Of a stretch of DNA of 39,607 nucleotides, positions 34,964 to 39,607 are shown one piece after another. The translations under genes and the position numbers were made by a program. Every line of letters begins with the position of its first letter. The first letter of the stretch is position 1. Origin of the DNA: Bigelowiella natans CCMP2755 (Eukaryota > Protista > Cercozoa). Below the pieces are notes generated by a model. It made no database searches. It was not told where the DNA came from and saw only the letters and a program-made list of their open reading frames with translations. The stretch spans positions 1 to 39,607 of the forward strand of contig ADNK01003153.1 in the NCBI GenBank assembly GCA_000320545.1, given 5' to 3'.

Positions 34964-35255
34964 CTATTTCAGCTTGAGCATTTGTGCCTGGAGAAAAGCA
35001 CTAAGCGCATGCTGCACGTAATCGATTCTGATTTCGGTGTCTCTGGTAGGTTCTGGCGTGGTTTTCCACGAATCCTTAGTCAATAGCAGTACGCCGCTCC
35101 GAGCTATCCCTCCTTTGTACAAGCTCGAGCCAAATATTGAGAGGATCTCCTGCGCATCTAGCAGGAAGTTTATGCCCCCTCTGATTCCTCTCGCAACCAT
35201 CTCCCTCTTCAGCAAAGGCGCTGTTAATGTCTTCGATAAAGACGACGACGAGGAC

Positions 35256-35288
<33 letters not shown>

Positions 35289-36489
35289 AACGATGATGGA
35301 GGCGCCATCGTCATCACCGAACAGAAGGCTGTGAGTCCCTCGAGCCTGGTTGCAGCCTGGCATGTTTTTCCAGCTGCTCTGAAGCTCCCAATAAAGAGCT
35401 TCCTGTGTTCCATGCTCCCCATCAATCCTCCCCCCCCTTCATCACGCAGATGCGTAACATTCTGCCTCTTACTTTCAATCTTTACTCCTCTTACATCCTC
35501 CTCTTTGTTCTTGCCGCTTTTCGTCGTGTCTATCGAAGTGACCTGATCTGCAAGGTTCCCTGCCGCGATTCGCTGCGCGTGAAGGTACAAGAGCTCGAAC
35601 GTGGCAGCGTCCAGTGATGCTGTGTTACGAGTGCTCGCCTGATATTTGATGTTGATGATGGTGTTTTTGATGATAATGATGACGATGATGATAAGGGTGG
35701 GGGAGGAGACAACCCTCTCTAATCGTCCGCCCTGTTACCCCTCCTGACCTTGCATGATGATAACGATGAGGATATCGAGGAAGAAGACGCCATTTGCAAA
35801 ATCTTTGCCGTCGCCACAACGGCCTACGGGCAGGTGGGAAAGGAACGGCACGACGAACATATGAACGATGTTTCAACCACAAAAACGGAGAGAAAATGAG
35901 CGGCGTTTGAGGCAACAGAGTATTAGCGATGTCTATCTTACGAAAGACGTGAACGGCAGATGTGCAACCCCCATCTTCGAATAGAAATTCATCAAATGAT
36001 ACAGTGATTTCGCCAAACAGGGTCGCGGTTGTTGTACTGGCGACTCCTTAGAGTCGGTCTACCCTCCCTATACCCCCGTTCAAGCAGCAAATAAACCTGG
36101 ACATTTCCCCACAATCATCTCCCCGCCACCTACTACATGATCTGTACCCAGTTATCCGACGGAATTTGGTCTTGATCTTGCCGCGACTTGGCCAGAAACA
36201 CAAGCGCATCTCGTGCCGAGTCCCACCATTCCTTTCTGGGGTCGATTTCATACAGCATTAGCATGCCCAAAGCTGCCTCTCCTGGATAATAGAGCGACGT
36301 CCAGGAGTCATCCCTTCCACATCTACCGCTGCAGCCGCCCCTGCGAGGCCAGTACCTATTATTTTCATGGATATTTACTTTGTGATATCGAACGAATGGG
36401 GAGACTTCGCCGCCTATTTTTTTGAGAAAGATCCCGCTCCCTCAGTAGGAGGCCGCACACAAACACACAAAGAATTACAAATATAATAC

Positions 36490-36537
<48 letters not shown>

Positions 36538-36546
36538 TTTCTCTCT

Positions 36547-36584
<38 letters not shown>

Positions 36585-36590
36585 TGCGCA

Positions 36591-36621
<31 letters not shown>

Positions 36622-37295
36622 TGGTTCTCGTGCTTTCAAGAAACGAACTTGCTGTAGAAGCTGCCATCGTTCTTTTGCATGAAACGTATGAATAATCCTA
36701 AGCCACGAAGGGTCTTTCGGGATATGTTCACGTTGACTTCCTTGATACTCCAACACTGAGAGAGGGCAATCAACGCAAGCGCGACCCCTCCCAGTTTCAC
36801 TTGACGCGGGTTCTCCGAGCCATTTTGGACAGGGTCAGACCAAACTGCGAGGGGAAATATTCTGCTCTTATCTCTTTCACTGCTTGTTTTCTTGCTTTCC
36901 GTCGGCTTTTTCCGCTTCTTCAGTGGGCCTACGCTGTCGAGCAGATACGAGGACGCTCTGGAGATAGCCTTCAATATCCTTCTTCTCTCCCCCCCAACCA
37001 TTCCTATCCCCTGGCCGTTAAAGCCTACTCTGGTGGCTTTATGACATATTTCACCGATCTCGTGGTATTTGTAGGCAGCCGCCAGTGCGTAGATTGCTCC
37101 AGCGTGGCGCAGAAGATTATATTTTTGCTTGAACGCTGCCCTCTGGTCAAGATTTAGTCTGTATGTGAATCTTCCGTTCTCCTCGCACGCACGTGCAAGG
37201 TAGTCTGCGCCCAAAATGATTCCCTTATGCAGCTTCTTGCGGTCCAGGAACTTGAACCGGTCCGCTGCGGGGGGTGGGGAGGAGTGCGACCCCAT
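34964..37295 (-). CDS. Alpha/alpha-toroid (six-hairpin / prenyltransferase-like fold) protein of a mostly bacterial uncharacterised family
   Basis: Motifs GADYLARA..GRFTY, YNLLRHAGAIYAL, VKLGGVALALIAL, MQKNDGSF, SLYYPGEAALG (exon ~36150-36295), SDNW, ATRLEGL, IRIDYVQHALSAF. Family recognised from memory of bacterial proteins, not from a search. Confidence 0.65.
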
Positions 37296-37593
37296 CGTTG
37301 CCCCCCCCGCTGTCCTTCTATCGGCGAAATTTGGCCGACGATTTTTCGGCACCGTAGAAGGATTCTCAACAGCCGAATCGAATGCGGTTTAGCTCATGCG
37401 ACAAGAATATTTCACTAAAATCGCCGATGGGATCCTTCCTGCTTCCTGCGACATCCAAAGTTCCCCATTGTTTGCTCCGTTTCCCCTTGTAGGCGCTCCG
37501 CGATTACTGCGACAGGGAGAATGGCTGTCGCCGGTCAATAATTAATCGGGATTTTATCTGTCGTCGGTTTTCGGATTTTCGAGAAATTCGAAA

Positions 37594-38598
37594 ATGTCTC
37601 CTCGTCGGCTCCGGACGCGGCCGCTGCTGCGAAGCAGCGTAGCCACTGCAGGTGCGCTGCTCTCACTACGCTAAATGCCGTCGGACAATCCGCAAATTTA
37701 TTCCACCATAATTTTGCTTGGGGAGGGGGAAGGGATGGGGGTCGTTGTAAACTGTGCATCTCGGATGCCTGTCTCGTAACACATAATATTTGTGTGTTTT
37801 GCCCACTATTCTGCCTCAGAAGCTGTTCGTTGGGGGTTGCTGCCGCGTGGGAGATCCAGAGGGAACGGCTCCTTGGTGTACCTTGAAGTGATTGTAGCTA
37901 TCGCAATTGCGTGTTTCTTAGCGGCAGCGATATGGGCAGCGCCTCCGAGATCATCACTACATCTATCGGTGGATAAGGATAAACTTGGCTGTAATTATGC
38001 CCCAACGACAACGACTTCTTCCTCCTCCTCCTCCCCCTCCATCTCGATTCAATATGATTCAAAGCGTAGAGTGGGGCGTGTGGAGCTGGGAGAGGAAGGC
38101 ACCAACCCCTCTCGGGCCTCCTACTCATCCCCGCCCCTCATCTCCGATGTCAATCGCCGGCTGCGCGGGGGGGAGATCTCCTCGACCGAAAAGGAAATGC
38201 CGAGCCTGGCCCGCGTGATCACTAACACAGACCTGAACTTCATCTTTGTGGGTGGAAAGGGGGGGGTGGGTAAGACGACGATCTCGTCCTCGCTGGCGAT
38301 CCAGCGCGCGCAAATGTGTGCTGAGTTGGGAAAGGGCGATGTGCTGCTAATCTCCACGGACCCGGCGCATTCGCTCTCAGATGCCTTCAAGATTAACTTC
38401 ACCGGCGATCCAACTAAAGTGCCCGGTGTCAAGGGCCTTTGGGTAGTATATTCGCGATTCCGCTCGTTGTACTTTACATAGCCCGTCCTCTCCGGCAACG
38501 TCGTTGCGTTTGTTGCGTCCACGTATGCGCGAATATAAGGGTTGTTGGCGCAGGGAGTTGGGGAAGCATCTGATAAGAGGATAAGATATGAAATAGCA

Positions 38599-38674
<76 letters not shown>

Positions 38675-38735
38675 CGAAAAGCTGGCTTCTGCTGCGCAAA
38701 CCCTCCAACTCGTCAACTGAGAGAAAATACACGCA

Positions 38736-38794
<59 letters not shown>

Positions 38795-39147
38795 TGTAAT
38801 CCCAAAAGGTGATGGAAATCGACCCCTCGAAGATGGTGGAGAAAGAGATGGGTTCTTGGCAGGATCTGGTCTCAAAAGCTGGGATGGATGAGTAATCCCC
38901 CCCCCCCCCTTTCGAACACAACCCTCACCACACTTTAAACTTCTTTCTTCACCCATACGTCATTGATTGCCTACAACAATAAGGTTCATGGGAGAGTTCA
39001 ATAAGCTGCAGAGCTGGCTTACGTCACTACCTGGTATTGATGAAGCAACCGCACTCGCCTCGGCCCTCGAGCGCATACGGAGCAAAGAGTAAATAATTCA
39101 TCTGAGGAAAAATGAAATATATATATATATATATATATAGGTGTGTA

Positions 39148-39190
<43 letters not shown>

Positions 39191-39607
39191 GGGCACAGAT
39201 TTAATGATTTACGATACAAACATGACCATATTCCAAGAGAATAAATATCCTTGGAAGGGGAGGGGGTAGTGGCGATCGATCCTGAGCAGTCGTGTCATGG
39301 TCATCATCATCATTCTGTGATGTCTGCTATCATCATATACTAGATTCGGGACGATAATCTTCGACACAGCGCCCACTGGCCACACGGTGACAGACAACCG
39401 ATGATAAACAAAGATGGAGGGGGAGGGGGTTGATGATTAGAGCGTGCATTTTGTTGTGCTGCATTTGTTGTGTTGGCTCTAGATCAAGCTGCTGAAGCTA
39501 CCCGAAGTGCTGCAGGTTGGAATAGACAAGCTCGCAAAGGTGTTTTACACTTTTAAGGAGGAAGAGGGAGGGGAGGGGGGAGACGGGGGGGGGGGGGGGG
39601 GGGGATG
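37594..39607 (+). CDS. GET3: GET3/ASNA1 (ArsA-family) ATPase with a long N-terminal leader; 3' end outside window
   Basis: [14 protein letters not shown] (deviant Walker A), [44 protein letters not shown]. Exon 1 ([19 protein letters not shown], 37594-37651) splices in phase to 37820. Confidence 0.92.

Noticed and set aside
1-39607. CRISPR arrays, rRNA or tRNA genes
   Set aside because: No repeat-spacer periodicity or recognisable structural RNA gene; the only tRNA-related sequence is the PBS.

Overview
Intron-rich eukaryotic (protist/algal-type) nuclear DNA whose introns are full of microsatellites. Genes supported by reading exons: a PARP3-like poly(ADP-ribose) polymerase (5' end outside the window), a radial spoke head RSPH4/6 protein, an MPDU1/PQ-loop protein, a small secreted orphan, an SLC19 folate/thiamine carrier, a SHAQKYF-class MYB, a membrane-anchored unknown, a bacterial-type alpha/alpha-toroid protein and a GET3/ArsA ATPase with a bipartite-looking leader. 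A complete Ty3/gypsy element (11134-17642, minus strand; 422-bp LTRs, CACAG target-site duplication, one 1873-aa ORF with CCCH fingers) is nested inside an older ORF1-like element. The most striking signal is regional TpA->TpG/CpA hypermutation (A:T->G:C, the opposite direction to fungal RIP). All six LTR-LTR differences fall on TpA-derivable sites, TE and downstream intergenic tracts have almost no TA, Tyr appears replaced by Cys/His, and a (TA)n tract has been scrambled to CA/TG. Introns and the retroelement core keep their TA. This points to a possibly undescribed, targeted DNA adenine-editing or genome-defence process. The responsible enzyme is not identifiable in this window.
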